63,793 nucleotides of DNA, filler included, from Octopus bimaculoides (GCF_001194135.2; 6 parts of 5 records of this genome joined end to end with filler, not necessarily neighbours in it), one strand, 5' to 3'. Counted from the first letter of the whole stretch, positions 25,500 through 40,358 are shown. Numbers and translations: made by a program. The notes: generated by a model from the sequence alone, not told the origin.

Positions 25500-26420
25500 T
25501 ATCCGTTAGCAAGGACTTCTATTTCATCTTCTGCTACTCGTTGGCCCGAGTTTCTCCCTATCGTTCTGCTGGGATGCCGCTCAGCCGCCAAGGAGGATTT
25601 ATGCTACTCCTCCGCTGAGCTCCTGTATGGCACCACCTTAGCACTTTCGGGACAAATGTTGGCGCCCGTCAACTTAGCGAATGCGGACCCCACATCTTAT
25701 GTCATGCAACTCAAATCATTCTCTGCTCACCTGCCACCAATACTTCCTCGCGACCAGTCTATTTCTTCTACAGTACCTCTGGATATTTCTACTTGGACTC
25801 CCGTGTTTGTAAGAAATGATGCCGTCAAGGGACCGCTCATATCTCCCTACACTGGACCCTATCACGTTCTTAGAAGCACACCGAAACTGTTCACTGTGGA
25901 CATTCTCGGAAAAAAAAAGAGATTGTCTCTATCGACAGAGTAAAAAGAGCCTTTTCCGAAACTTTTATGCCACTTGCTGACACACCCATCATTCCAGAAA
26001 CACCCCCACCCCCACTAGCACCACCTCCGCTCATCAAAACACCAACTACACAAACGCATTCTTCACCTTACAGGACACGTTCTAGCAGATCGGTCCATTG
26101 GCCGAAGAAATTGTCTCAAACTATTTACATTTCTTAACTTTACCTCGTCAGTGACTGTTCCGGGGAATAAACTTATGTTGTTATAGACACCGCATTCATA
26201 TTTTCTCTCTTTCTGTATCATTGTACATATATACTTTGTTCTATTTGATTGGAGGCCTTTCTTTGCTGAACGTTTTTCCTTGTACATACTTGCATTGTAT
26301 TTTTTCAATTGTTCATACAACTGTCTTGCTATGCTTCACTCTTCTGTGCCCTCCTAGCGCACACGTACTCCGCCTACCTTACTCTTAATCGACCGCTTCC
26401 GGTCTAAGGGGGGCTTCTGT
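25500..26420 (+). mobile_element. Gypsy-type LTR retrotransposon 3' fragment (integrase C-terminus, polypurine tract, probable LTR start)
   Basis: WPEFLPIVLLGCRSAAKEDL..SSAELLYGTTL...VFVRNDAVK.PL..PYTGPYHVL; AAGGGGGG at 26406-26413 followed by TGT at 26418. Confidence 0.75.
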
Positions 26421-28759
26421 ATATGTGAGGCCGACATTGAAGGTATTTAAGGTTACAGCCTTGTTCTATGTATTTCTTTGTACCGTGTTCCTATCAAATG
26501 ACATTACAGTCTTCTGAGTAGAGTCATATTTAGATGGCTCCACAACCATGACACAAACAACCATCTAAAAGCGTCTTTCTAGATACTGAGGTCGCTTCAT
26601 TTACAATGCTAATACCCTCATCTATAAATTTGTGACAGCTCTTAATTAAGAAATTAATATCTTATAATATGTAATTGTACATGAGGGATAAAGTAAGGTT
26701 ACGACGTTCGTCCCTTTCCCTAGTGTGTAAGTGACATAACTAGAGAGAAGTAGTAGTAGCCGAAAATCGAAACAGCGAAACACTGGATTCACTTGGAGCT
26801 AATCCCTATTCTATATTATTCTTCATAGGTTCATAATACCTTTTCCAGCTCGTTGGATCAGGCCTTTTAAGAGTTATGATCATGTATCTAAATACGAATC
26901 GCAATTGTTCGGCTGATATATTGACATTCTGTTGATTAGCTCATCTTGTAAAACTCTCAGTTGAAACTTTGAAGTCATGATCAAAACATTTAACCTTCAA
27001 TAGCCCATCTCATCTATTTGAAAGTAAGTATAGCAGGAACGGACAAGTCGAGCAACGGCAATAGTGTCAATTTGAAGAGTGGTTCGTTAGCTTGCAGCAG
27101 CGTCCAACACTTCCTAACTATATAGCTCGAAGAGAGATGGGAATTTATTCTCCAGAGATGGGTTATTTTGTCTAAGATTACACAGTACCAAGTTTTTAAT
27201 AGTGAGCCAATGACAGAATGGATAAGGAACTTGGCACTCGTCCCAGTGAAATAGCTAAATGTAAATATAAATCGACGTTTCGTAATTGTTAATACTCCGA
27301 AAATTAGCAACAATATTTTACGGTTTTTAAGTAAAGAAAATGATAGATAGTAACATGCAGAGGATTACTGTTCCTTCTCTCTTCCCAACTCTCTTTTTCT
27401 CTGGAAAAAAACTCAATTTTTAAAAATTTATTTTATTAGTGCCATAAAGTAAACATTGAACATCACACACTCAATAAATCCTATGAAGATAGTGCCTTGT
27501 GAGGAGGAATCAATATTTGGATATCATTAACTAAAAGGCACAATATAGCACTGCCTAACAACATCTCCACTGAAAAAAGCTTTTTGCCAATATTTCTCTC
27601 TTCTCTTTAAAACAGCTTACTTATTTATTTTATTTGTTTCATATTCCTTTGTGTAAATTTATGTAGCATCTGGTCATAAAGGCGAACAAATAAAATGTGA
27701 GCTGATAAACTATGTTAGAGCTTGGCAGAATCACTAGATCCTTGGACAAAAAATATCACAGTATTTAGTTATCTCCTTTCATATTATGAGTTCGCATACC
27801 GACAAGGTTAACTTCATCGTTAATCCTTCTGGGTGTCTATAAAATAAATATCAGTCAAATACAAGAGTCAATGTAACTGCCTCTACTTCAAAACAAGTGG
27901 TCTTATACTATATTAAAACTCATTATTATAATATATTGAAAAGCTGTGATTAAAATAATCAGTAAAGTATCGGACAATGAGCTTTACAATAGTTAGTTAA
28001 GTTCAGGAAGCCCTGCCAAGAATTAACTGTATCTTTTATCTTTCTTGGTTCCATAAAATAACTACTACCAAGCTGGTGTCGATTTAACTGGCTCTAACCC
28101 TTAAATTTTTTGGCCAGATTAACATACTAATGCGATGGTGTCTCATACTTGTAACGTAATGAGTAGAAAAACTGACAGTAAATTTTGAGAGCAGATATCT
28201 TTGGAAAATGTAGACAATACAAATTGGAGTGGATCTTGTCTATAAAATCAACTAGATATGTTTCTGTATTATTAGGCCTTCACAATGAAGCATATTCTAC
28301 TCAGTTAGCAAGATATGGAGCGACTCGTGTGTATGAAATAACGGGAGAAATAGTTTCTCTTAACATATTGTTAGTATTCATAATCTCTCTCTCTCTTTCT
28401 CAGACACATGCGCGCACACACACAAACACACACACACACACACACTGAAATTACGACGAAATACTTGTCTGTTGCTTTCTTGATCACTTCTGGGACGATT
28501 CCGTTTCGCTTAGCTCTGAAATATATTGGTTTTTAATAACACTATACATCTTTAAAGAAGCTTTTTGTGGAGGAAAAACCACAGCTTCTGGCGTTTAGGC
28601 AACATATGTACGTTAAGTATATGGTATTGATAATGTTTACATATATGCATACATACATACATGCTTATATAAAAACCACTTCAAGATTTTGCCAACTGAG
28701 TATAATAGATTTTTATGAGAAAGTTTAATGCTTTTGAAACACGTCCGTTACTTTCACCA

Positions 28760-29760
28760 GTTGGCTTTCAAGACAAGATCAAATTTCATTTGGATCATTA
28801 GAAGGAAGCTTAAAGAAGCACAAAGGCATGAATATTATCAGGACCAGAAGTCGTATGATTATCGCGGTTAGAAATGAACTTCGCCACACATTTAAACACA
28901 AGTCAAATAAAGGAGTATTACAGTGAGAAGGAAAGTCTGAATTAAGGGTAAGATCATTAGAAAATAACTAAGTAAGCAAGTTTGCTTTATCTTTAGAAGT
29001 TAGTTCCTCGTTACCATTGAAAAGAAGTGCAACGTTAGATTTACCATTATTCGATACATTATTATAGATTTTCCTAAAGTCCCGAGAGTCCAGCTTCTGA
29101 GAAGCAATACAGGAATTAGTTTGTTCCATATAACTGACATTTAGTGTCTGTAAAATCTTTCTTGCAGCGCTTCGTAGCCAATGAGAAAAGAGCTGTCTTG
29201 ACAAAAATGGAAAAGCTGGAGGAATATGGTTTAAGTATCACTAATGAGAAATGAAAGTAATAATACCAGCTTCAATTCAGGATACAACTTCACAGGCACA
29301 AGCATTAGCAGAAATTATCTCCAAAGAATCACAAAGAAAATTTTGTTGATAGTTAAGTTACGATGGGTTAGATGCTCGTTGTTAAGAGAAGTTAAAAGAT
29401 CACCCAGAGAAACTGCAATGTGATCAGAGTTACCGTGTGGAGTAGAAGAAATGATAGGATAAATGCTGGGATCAGACACGAGACAAAGATTAAGGAAACA
29501 GGGATCATAGTTGTCGTGGTCTGGATAACGAGTAGAGAAGTTGATTATTTGGGAAAGAGATTACATTAGAAAAATATAGAAGACATAGGTTTCAGTATAA
29601 CCAACGGTTTTTAGAAATTAGCCAATTAACATGAGGAATATTGAAATCACTAAGTTCTAGATTACTTGTAGAAGGGCAACAAGAAAAGACTTGGCCAGTT
29701 TTATTAGACGCAACATCAATAAGAGTGCGGAGGGAGATGTCTCTCGATCTAATTGACATG
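28760..29760 (-). mobile_element. Decayed CR1-like LINE (endonuclease to pre-RT region)
   Basis: SDFNIPHVNWL, LCLVSDPSIYPIISSTPHGNSDH (APE C-terminal SDH motif), then IASQKLDSRDFRKI.N...N.GKS...LFNG.EELTSKDKANL. Confidence 0.6.
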
Positions 29761-30242
29761 AAAGCTACGATAAACTCTACCATATGATACTGTCTACGAA
29801 TACAAAATGAAATTTTTACCAATTACTAACTCTGCAGTATAAGTAAGTATAGCATATGTTGGAGAGCTGCATTAGAGATATAATAGAAAACCAAATTTTA
29901 GCTGTTCATAATCACATCTGTCGAATGTAAGAAATTATTATCGTAGATGAATTTTATGCGGTTGATATCTTTTAGTTATTTATTTTCTGTATTGTACTTT
30001 ACTGTACATTCACTCAGTAGTTCTCCCATCAACACTTCGGCAAGTATATTCTATATTTCGCTGATAAGGTCATAATAATACCGAAATATATTCAAAATTA
30101 TCTGTTATACTTGACGAAATTGTCAAAACAATGTGAAGCATTGAGTAATGCTGTTTTGATTTTTTTCTTTCCTCATCACATAATTACTTCTAATTAACCT
30201 TAAATGTGCTCTACATAATAACACTGTCTTAACTATTCTTTT

Positions 30243-30625
30243 ATTCTTTTATCCTTTTAATTGTTTCAGTCATTTGACTGCAGCCATGCTGGAGCACCGC
30301 TTTAAAAGTTTTAGTCGAAGAAATCGACCCAGGACTTATTCTTTGTAAGCCTAGTACTTATTCTGTTGGCCTCTTTTGTCGAACCGCTAAGTTACGGGGG
30401 ACACAAACAGACCAGCAATGGTTGTCAAGCGATGGCGGGGGCGGGGGGAGAAACACACACATACATACGATAGGCTTATTTCAGTTTCCGGCTTCCAAAT
30501 CCACTCACAAGGCTTTGTTCAACCCGAAGCTATAAAAGAAGACACTTGCCCAAGGTACCACGCAGTGGGACTGAACCCGGAATATGTGGTTGGGAAGCAA
30601 GCTTCTTAGCACACAGCCACGACTA
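30243..30625 (-). mobile_element. Full-length CORE-type tRNA-derived SINE
   Basis: Minus-strand head CGTGGCTGTGTGCTAAGAAGCTTGCTTCCC...GGGTTCAGTCCCAC followed by GGTACCTTGGGCAAGTGTCTT, matching the CORE motif (GTGACCTTGGGCAAGT). Octopus OR1/OR2 SINEs are known CORE-SINEs; the family name is not verified. Confidence 0.85.
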
Positions 30626-31329
30626 TGTATCTGTCAGTTTCTTTGGTAGGTCGGTTGCTGTTCCTAGCTGTGACTACCTACTAGTAATGGTGGTGGACGT
30701 GAAAAGTGGATAAGTTATTACACAACCAGCCCATATATCAGGAGTTCTAATCCACCAGAAGTGTTTCGTTCCATTTCTGGGTAGGCCATTTTCTTCTATA
30801 AAGCTGCGGTTAGCTGTTGGGAATATGTACAACATCTTGTGGTGGTATGATCTACGATAGGCATGAAATTAACCATAGTTAAAAAGCGTTCCAGGGTTTA
30901 TAAACCATTTACATGCATAACTACAGATTAATGGACACGGAAGGGGTTAAATATAACATTGTTGTTAAACTTTAGTTCAGTTCTGACTGTCTTTACGTAT
31001 ATCTAAAACTAAGTTATCAAAAGTATCATTTTTTAAAGACTTTACTGGAGAATCTGGCGGTTAATTTACACAGGTCAAATAGAATGACTCCCTGTTGTCT
31101 TGCAGAGCCGATTAGAGAGGGCATCAGCCATGGAATTTACAAGGAGGTTGGTAATATAAAAAAATAAATAAATAAAATAATAATAATAATAGTAATGGTT
31201 TCAAATTTTTATACAATAATTATGACAATGATGATGACGACGACGATGATGGTGGTGATAGTAGTGGTCACTCCCATCGATTTGTGTCAACATGTGTATG
31301 TGCACACCCACCATTTCTTGTCTCAGTCT

Positions 31330-31735
31330 TTAGACTGCGGTCATGCTGGGGTGCCGCCTTGAAGAACTTTAGTCGAACGAATAGACCTCAGTACTTATTT
31401 ATTTATTTGTTTATTGCATAGTCTGGTACCTACTCTATAGGTCTTTTCTGCCAACCGTTAAGTTATGGGGACGTAAACACACCGTTGTCAAGTGGTGGTG
31501 GTGGGAGACAAACACATACACAAAGGCGCAAACACACGCACTCACACATATATACATGGGCAAGGTGCATGCATATACGACGGGCTTCTTTCAGTTTCTA
31601 TCTACTTAATCCACTTGCAAGGAATTGGCCAGCCCTAGGCTATAATAGAAGACACTTGCCTAAGGTCCCACAAGGTGGGATTGAACCCGGAACCATCTGG
31701 TTGGGAAGCAAACGTCTTACCACACAGCCACACCT
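31330..31735 (-). mobile_element. CORE-type SINE
   Basis: Collinear with 30243-30625 (GACACTTGCCTAAGG...GGGATTGAACCCGG...GGGAAGCAA...CACACAGCCAC on the + strand). Confidence 0.8.
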
Positions 31736-32009
31736 TTATTCACATTAAATCCCGACATAATCGTAAAGTATCTGTAGAAAATTTCGATTTAAAATATCCA
31801 TTTTTCTGAAACTTATGAAGAAGCAAAGTCGCTGGAGGCATATCTACACGCTTCTGTGTAAGTATGCCAAATCTACTGCATAGAAGTGGGGAAGGGTAGT
31901 TAAACAGCGGGAGTTGTAAGACATAAGACTGAAATATGAGAAGTGTTGCCAACGTACTGCCGAAGATTAGGCTCACTCCTACAATTTGTAATTAATATGA
32001 ATTCCGAAA

Positions 32010-32200
32010 TGAAGGTGGCGAGCTGGCGGAATCGTTAGCATGCAGGGCAAAACGCTTGGCGACATTTCGTCCGTCTTTATGTTCTGAGCTCAAATTCTGC
32101 CGCAGTCGACTTCACTTTTCACTATTTGAGTACTGGGGCGACATAATGGACTTACCCACCGCCCCGAAATTGCTGGTCTTGGGCAAAAATTTGAAGCCAA
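32010..32200 (+). mobile_element. Family A SINE with internal deletion
   Basis: AAGGTGGCGAGCTGGCGGAATCGTTAGC...CAAATTCTGCCGCAGTCGACTTCACTTTTCA...AAATTTGAAGCCAAT. Confidence 0.7.
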
Positions 32201-33109
32201 TATAAATTCCGTAATGAAATATCTTTACCTTCCTTAAGCAGTTATTTTATGTGATTAATGTTTATAGGATCGCTATAATAAGCATGTAAGCGGCCACTTC
32301 ACTAATTGTTTTTCAAGCAGAAGGAGTCTCTGAGTATTCATTTATACCCACCCCTCTAAGTTCTGCTGTTTTTCAAACCGTCTGCTCGTGCTAACAGCGA
32401 CAACTTACAGCTTCTCGAGTTAATTACTTACAGTTCGGTGGACTGCTATCGAGAGTTACACACAGTACAGTGCTTCTTGCTTTCACGATATGAATGACAG
32501 TCGATAGGAAAATAAATACCTCTAGAAATCTGGACAGCTATAATAGAAAATAGTAGATCTTCCAGGTTACAGTGCGTGTATATATATATAATCACGTAGT
32601 CGCGGTGATATTGGTAATTAATAGCATCTGTTATGAAATATATTAACAAATTTCAAAATTTTATCGGTTGTCTTACATATTTAAGCGGAAATACATTTTA
32701 AAAGCTGTTTTGAGGAGAGGGGTTACTATATTAAAGTAAAATTTGTGAGTTCCAGTGGTAGAATTTATCTTTGGAACGAGCTTTTAACTGAAAAGGACTG
32801 CTATTGACCTATAGGAACATATTTGTAATGTATGCATATACACTGATTTCTGAAATACAATAAAGACATGTGAGAGAAATTAATTTCAAGGGAGATAACT
32901 TATTTTATTGATTTTTTGCCCCTTTGTCGTTGTTATTCTATTTATGACTACATTATTTTCAAAAAGAAAACTTCGTGTTTCCTTTAGTGATTTGAAAAAA
33001 GTCGAACAGTTGAAGTTTTTAAGATGGCTCTCTGCTGGATGAAGAATTAGTAATGCGCATGTTGTATCTCTGGTAAAGATACTTAACTTTGTCTTGTATA
33101 CGGACTATA

Positions 33110-33365
33110 GAATCGTACGATGAACTGAAATCTTCTATTAGCAAAACGAGAGCCCCAATGTGTTCATTCAACCGGCTAAAAATAATAACCAAATCTACAT
33201 AAAATCACACACGTTAGAATATATAGTCCTAGATTATCCCTAAAAGTATGGTATGATCATGGCTAGAATGCCTTTGGTCGTAGGCCTTTGTGATCAGAGC
33301 TGACTAAGTGCAACAACAGGCGCTGTATCCACTTGAAAAATATTTACTACTTTATAAGACACACA
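33110..33365. repeat. Left arm of perfect 256-bp inverted repeat
   Basis: Reverse complement of 35388-35643; no mismatch or indel found by eye. Confidence 0.95.
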
Positions 33366-33544
33366 CTTGTAAGCTTCCTCACCCAAATTTTTAGTACACT
33401 TAAGCATTTAATGTATAGCAATGAATAAAATAAAACTACAAAACAATTAGAGTAGAAGGAACACATTTTTCTTTCATCTGTAGCAAGCATATTTAGCAAT
33501 GGAACATATTTAATGTAAAAAAAAACAACTGAAGAACAGAATCG

Positions 33545-34240
33545 CAATTTTCAAGAATATATCACCAGCGTCATTAAAATATCTGATCATTCAAGACCTC
33601 ACATAGAACTGGATCTAACCACAATTTCGTCTTTGGCACATTTTTTCTGGGCAAGACCACCACTGTATATTGAGTGCATTTTAGCCACTACCGACAGACA
33701 GTAGACGTCAGACTGAACACAGTAGACAGTAGCACAACCAGCAAATGGCTAGAATGCTGTCACAACACAAAAACAATGAATGAACAGCAACTGCAGCTCA
33801 CAATGGTCAGCTAACATCACAACAACAACCACTATTTTTTATTAAAAAAATATTTATTTTAATTGTAAACAAAATAATGTTGTAGTTACTATAAATGAGA
33901 TACTGAGATAGTTCAAAGCTTATTGCTATTGGGACTATGTACCATAGTAGTTGCTGTCATGATGTGAGTTGATCACTGTATTGCAGTTGTTTTTGTGTTG
34001 TGACAGTGCTCTAGCCAGTTGCTGGCTATATTACTGTCTGCTGACTCTTGTCTTCTCTGAGCTGTCTGATGTCTGATATTTGCTGTCTAACATCTATTGG
34101 TAGTGGCTAAAATGAACTGAATAAATAGTGGTGATCTTGCTCAGAAAAAGCACACCAAAGATGAAATTGTTTAGATTTGGAAACACATGAAATCTTGAAT
34201 GGTTAGATTTTTTGATGACGGTAATATTCTAGTGAATCGC
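33545..34240. mobile_element. Old degenerate foldback/MITE-like palindrome (arms about 300 bp)
   Basis: Exact inverted blocks 33677-33692/34099-34114 (16 bp) and 33757-33776/33987-34006 (20 bp); looser inverted similarity extends to about 33545 and 34240. Confidence 0.65.
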
Positions 34241-34479
34241 AATCATATTTGTGTTGTTTTTACATCAGATATAGTGATCCAGGCTTGATTACTAAATATT
34301 CCTGCAAAATATTTATAATACAGCCAATGAGCATTGTTTGGTAACATGTTCCATGCTTTCATTAGTCAATTTAAGTGCTTATGTAATTTTAAATATATAA
34401 ACACTCTCTTGTCTTTCATACCATTCATACAGAAGAACATCCAGAATGTGAAAGATGGCGGAAGAAATTAGCACAAGCA

Positions 34480-34620
34480 CCCATTACAGCCGAGTTGATT
34501 GGAGCAACAAGAAACAAAATGCATTCTCAAGGATACAATGCAACATTTGATCCAGTAACTGAACCCACAACCTTAGGATCATGAGCCCAACACCCTAACC
34601 ACTAGATCACATGCCTTTAC
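34480..34620 (-). mobile_element. Old tRNA-derived SINE remnant
   Basis: GAACCCACAACCTTAGGATCATGAGCCCAACACCCTAACCACTAGATCAC is a reverse-complemented tRNA-like head. Confidence 0.5.
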
Positions 34621-34979
34621 AATAAAACTTACAAGAGAATATCAAAGTTAGTTATAGCAGAAAACATTTTATAGCAATAAGCTACCAATAGAGAGGAAAA
34701 TACCAGGAAAGAAGACAACCATTTATAATGAAACTAATATGCACAAAAGCAATAATTAAAGATGGCAAGACAAAAAAAAGAAAGCAGCTTAGCTTTAGCA
34801 GAGAATATTTCACATAAAGCAGGTTACCAGTATAGTTGAACACAAAGAAGGATGTCAGACAGTCTTAGAAAGTTAATAAAATACAAAAACAAAAGAAGTT
34901 TGAGGAAACATCAGTATTCTATAACAAGAACTTTAATTATTTTCAAAGCTTATGAAATTCCAATATTTTGTCTTCACAA

Positions 34980-35374
<395 letters not shown>

Positions 35375-35387
35375 CTGAATTGGCACT

Positions 35388-35643
35388 TGTGTGTCTTATA
35401 AAGTAGTAAATATTTTTCAAGTGGATACAGCGCCTGTTGTTGCACTTAGTCAGCTCTGATCACAAAGGCCTACGACCAAAGGCATTCTAGCCATGATCAT
35501 ACCATACTTTTAGGGATAATCTAGGACTATATATTCTAACGTGTGTGATTTTATGTAGATTTGGTTATTATTTTTAGCCGGTTGAATGAACACATTGGGG
35601 CTCTCGTTTTGCTAATAGAAGATTTCAGTTCATCGTACGATTC
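35388..35643. repeat. Right arm of perfect 256-bp inverted repeat
   Basis: Reverse complement of 33110-33365; starts 14 nt after the H4 stop codon. Confidence 0.95.
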
Positions 35644-36159
35644 AAGCATTTCTTCAATGAAAGTTTTTTTTTTAATATTCAAACGTGACTGGCAAGATTT
35701 ATAGCTAGTACATTTATCGAAGATATAATTCCACTCTTTAAAGTTATGGTAGCTATCTAGACTAGAACGTTTGCCGGCTACCTATTTTACAAAGCTTTTT
35801 ATCCCTTTCTTTATATCACTTTAACCTACAACTTTTGAAGATTAATATTTCTGCAACTGACCTGGTACAGAGTTTCTACAGTCTGACTAGTCTGTGATGA
35901 ACTTCATTTTATAAAGCTCATCGAGAGCCGATTAACTAATTGGGTAGCATTTGGACTGAACAAATTTTGTATTTTCCTCTNNNNNNNNNNNNNNNNNNNN
36001 NNNNNNNNNNNNNNNNNNNNNNNNNNNNNNNNNNNNNNNNNNATATATGTATATATATATATGTGTGTGTGTGTGTATGTATGTATATATGTATATATAT
36101 ATATATATATGTATGTATATATGTATATATATATATATATATAAATGTATATATATGCA

Positions 36160-37364
36160 TCATAATCATCATCATCAACGTTTAACATCCGCTTTCCATG
36201 CTAGCACGGGTTGCACGATTTGACTGAGGACTGGTGAACCAGATGGCTGTACCAAGCTCCAATCTGATCTGGCATAGTTTCTACAGCTGGATGCCCTTCC
36301 TAACGGCAACCATTCCGAGAGTGTAATGGGTGCTTTTACGTGCTACCGGTACGAAGGCCAGTCAGGCGGTACTGACAACGGCCATGCTCAAAATGGTATA
36401 TCTTACGTGCCAGCTGCACAGGAGCCAGTCCAGCGGCACTAGCAACGATCTCACTCGAATGTCTTTACACGTGCCACCGGCACAATTGCCAGAAAGGCGA
36501 CGCTGGGCACAGGTGCCATCACGATTTCGCTTTCCCTAACAGGTCTTCGCAAGCCGAGTTTCGTGTCCAATGAAGGAGACGACGTTGGCATGGGTGCCAG
36601 TCGTCGAATTTAGTTCGATTTTGATTTCACTTGCCTCAACAGTGGACTGGCTGAGGCCTTAGATTTAGGTCTCACTTGGCTTGCCGGACCTTCTCACGCA
36701 CAGCATATTTCCAAAGGTCTCGGTCAGAAGCCATCGCCTCAGTGAGGCCCAATGTTCGAAGGTCATGCCTCACTACTTCATCCCAGGTCTTCCTGGGACT
36801 ACCTCTTCCACAGGTTTCCTCAACTGCTAGGGTGTGGTACTTTTTTTACACAGCTATATTCATCCATTCTTGCCATATGACCATACCAGGGCAATCGTCT
36901 CTCTTGCACACCACAACTGATGCTTCTTAGGTTCAACTTTTCTCTCAAGGTACTTACACTCTGTCTAGTATGCACACTGACATCACACATCCATCAGAGC
37001 ATACAGGCTTCATTCCTTGTGAGTCTACGCATGTCCTCAGCAGTCACGGCCCATGTTCTACTGCCATGAAGCATGGCTGTTCGTACACATGCGTCATACA
37101 GTCTGCCTTTTACTCTGAGTGAGAGGCCCTTTGTCACCAGCAGAGGTAAGAACTCTCTGAACTTTGCCCAGGCTATTCTTATTCTAGCAGCTACACTCTC
37201 AGTGCACCCTACCCCACTACTAACTTGGTCACCTAGATAGGGGAAGTTATCAACTAAGTCTAGTTTTTCTCCCTGGAATGTGGCAGAAGTTGTTTTCTGC
37301 ACATTTTCAGTGTTTATTGCTCCTGACCACCTGCCACATACAAAAACTAACTTCCTAGTTAACC
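36160..37364 (-). mobile_element. RTE-clade LINE 3' part (RT C-terminus, 3' UTR, (ATG)n tail); 5' side runs into a gap
   Basis: FPYLGDQVSSG..CTESVAARIRIAWAKFRE.LPLL...LSLRVKGRLYDACVRTAMLHGS.TW; GRGSPRKTW-type C-terminus; CATCATCATC tail at about 36160-36178; same family as 59531-60868. Confidence 0.9.
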
Positions 37365-38509
37365 NNNNNNNNNNNNNNNNNNNNNNNNNNNNNNNNNNNN
37401 NNNNNNNNNNNNNNNNNNNNNNNNNNNNNNNNNNNNNNNNNNNNNNNNNNNNNNNNNNNNNNNNNNNNNNNNNNNNNNNNNNNNNNNNNNNNNNNNNNNN
37501 NNNNNNNNNNNNNNNNNNNNNNNNNNNNNNNNNNNNNNNNNNNNNNNNNNNNNNNNNNNNNNNNNNNNNNNNNNNNNNNNNNNNNNNNNNNNNNNNNNNN
37601 NNNNNNNNNNNNNNNNNNNNNNNNNNNNNNNNNNNNNNNNNNNNNNNNNNNNNNNNNNNNNNNNNNNNNNNNNNNNNNNNNNNNNNNNNNNNNNNNNNNN
37701 NNNNNNNNNNNNNNNNNNNNNNNNNNNNNNNNNNNNNNNNNNNNNNNNNNNNNNNNNNNNNNNNNNNNNNNNNNNNNNNNNNNNNNNNNNNNNNNNNNNN
37801 NNNNNNNNNNNNNNNNNNNNNNNNNNNNNNNNNNNNNNNNNNNNNNNNNNNNNNNNNNNNNNNNNNNNNNNNNNNNNNNNNNNNNNNNNNNNNNNNNNNN
37901 NNNNNNNNNNNNNNNNNNNNNNNNNNNNNNNNNNNNNNNNNNNNNNNNNNNNNNNNNNNNNNNNNNNNNNNNNNNNNNNNNNNNNNNNNNNNNNNNNNNN
38001 NNNNNNNNNNNNNNNNNNNNNNNNNNNNNNNNNNNNNNNNNNNNNNNNNNNNNNNNNNNNNNNNNNNNNNNNNNNNNNNNNNNNNNNNNNNNNNNNNNNN
38101 NNNNNNNNNNNNNNNNNNNNNNNNNNNNNNNNNNNNNNNNNNNNNNNNNNNNNNNNNNNNNNNNNNNNNNNNNNNNNNNNNNNNNNNNNNNNNNNNNNNN
38201 NNNNNNNNNNNNNNNNNNNNNNNTGAAGAGAAGATTACATTCTTATCAACATCACCTATTCCTATGGAAGGTATAATTTGTAATCTTCGAAACATATGTT
38301 GGAAATAAAAGAATTCATTTAACATATGCGTTTTACTCCATTTACTAAATTTATATATACTCAAGTACCCAAAATAACAAGGAGTTTCTACCTCCATAAA
38401 CAGGAGTTACACCACAGTCATTTTGTGATCTTTGCTACCCTGGTATCTATTAACCAATTTATTTTGTCCGAGTTAATTATTAACTAGGAGAAAATAAATG
38501 CATATAATA

Positions 38510-38549
<40 letters not shown>

Positions 38550-40358
38550 ACACATATATTTGTATATATATATTTATATATATATATGGAACAAGAAATT
38601 ATGTAATGTGCTTCATTAGCTTATAGCTGTTTCTGCTACAAGAATTTTTGAACATCCAATGAAGCTGCAAGGTGATACATAAGCACTCCACTTTGAGTTC
38701 ATAGCAGAAATAGTTGTAATCTAATGAAGTCCATTACATAATTTTTTGTTCCCTTGTCATATAATTTCTTGTTATGCTCTCTACTGATTCTCTATTTCTG
38801 AAGTTTATGTATGTGTTGTAACATGGGGTTATTAATATCACTATGCATAAATGAAATATTAAAATACTTTGTGTTTGTGTGTGTGTGTGTGTGTATAATT
38901 CAGCAATGTAACAACACACATGCTTTTCTTGGAGTTTTCTTCTTTTTTCCTCTTTTCTTCCTGAAAACGAGCCATGCTCAAAACATTATACACCCACTCT
39001 TTTCTTCATCTGATACTGAGTGTCATCCTAATACATTCCATGTGTTCACCCTTTTGTTGTTTTCCTATTTATTATTTTTAATTTGCCTATGTATATATAT
39101 ATATATATATTAATCATAAGGACACATTAATAAATATTCGCTTCTGAATATTTTGCTGCTGATACACACATACACACACAATCAAATATATTGAAAAAAG
39201 TGCTAACATATCTAATGCAGCAAGCACAATAATTGATCAAGAAAATTCCCACATAGAGAAGAGGTAAACGAAGTTGAACAATGTTTAGCAAAATCAAACA
39301 AAGCAATGGCAACAACACAGATAAAAAAATTGAAATGTCTTTATAGATTAGTTAAAATTATAAATAGATACTGTAGTGAGTAGAATGCTAGTCTGAGCAT
39401 TACCAGACACTATGACAACTCCAAATGTGTTTCTATCTTATTAGATCTTCTCAGTGAAGCTGAATCATTCTTGTCTTCTAGATCAAAGGACACAGAGAAA
39501 TATTTATGTATATAGAAATATAGTATGGTATACTGACTTTCATTATTGATGCACTACTAGAAAAAATCTGATCTTCACTCAAAGAAATATGATTATTCAC
39601 TAGTGAAATGCTCTTCCTTAGCAAACATTTTAAACAGTAATTCTTTTTATTGTTTAGTCATCAGAAGATGAGGAGTCTTAATGACTTTGAGAGGAAATAA
39701 TCCTCAGAAAGGAGATGTAGCCAACATGCTTGCAACAAAGTGACACCTACTAAAAGCATGCATAGACCAGGTGGCAAGTTTAAACTGGACTTACCATCCA
39801 AGAACAACAAAGAGCCCTCCAACAAGCTTCTATGCAGTTACCATTTGCAAATTTTTACTGACAAGGTTTTGGTTGACCCAAGGCTATTGTAGAAGACACT
39901 TAGTGAAGATGCTGTGCAATGGAATCAAAACTGAAACTATGAAGTTGAGATGCAAACTTCTTAACTACATGGCTATGCTTGCTGTATCCTCTATCAGATT
40001 CATCAAAAGTTGTAGCATACCAATCTTCTTCAAATATTCATATTCAATTCTTCAGGCTTATATTTATGACACTGATTTTTCATGTCTATCCACACTCATA
40101 AAGCAATTAAATTTTAATACACATGATGTCAACAAAACAACATATTTGCAATGTTTCAAATATCACAAAATCAGCCAATATTAGTTACATCAAATCTTCA
40201 CATCATACCAGGGTGAGTTACATCACATATTCACATCATCACAGACATTCAGAATCAATATTCATTATTTTTTTTAGCAAAAAGAAATATAAAAATCTTT
40301 ACAGCAAAAAATATTGCAAATATAAAAGTTAGATATAATATTTGGGATCATCAATGAT

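Noticed and set aside
39771-40184. 137-aa plus-strand ORF
   Set aside because: Lies antisense in the probable 3' UTR of the 446-aa gene; no motif and a non-ATG start.
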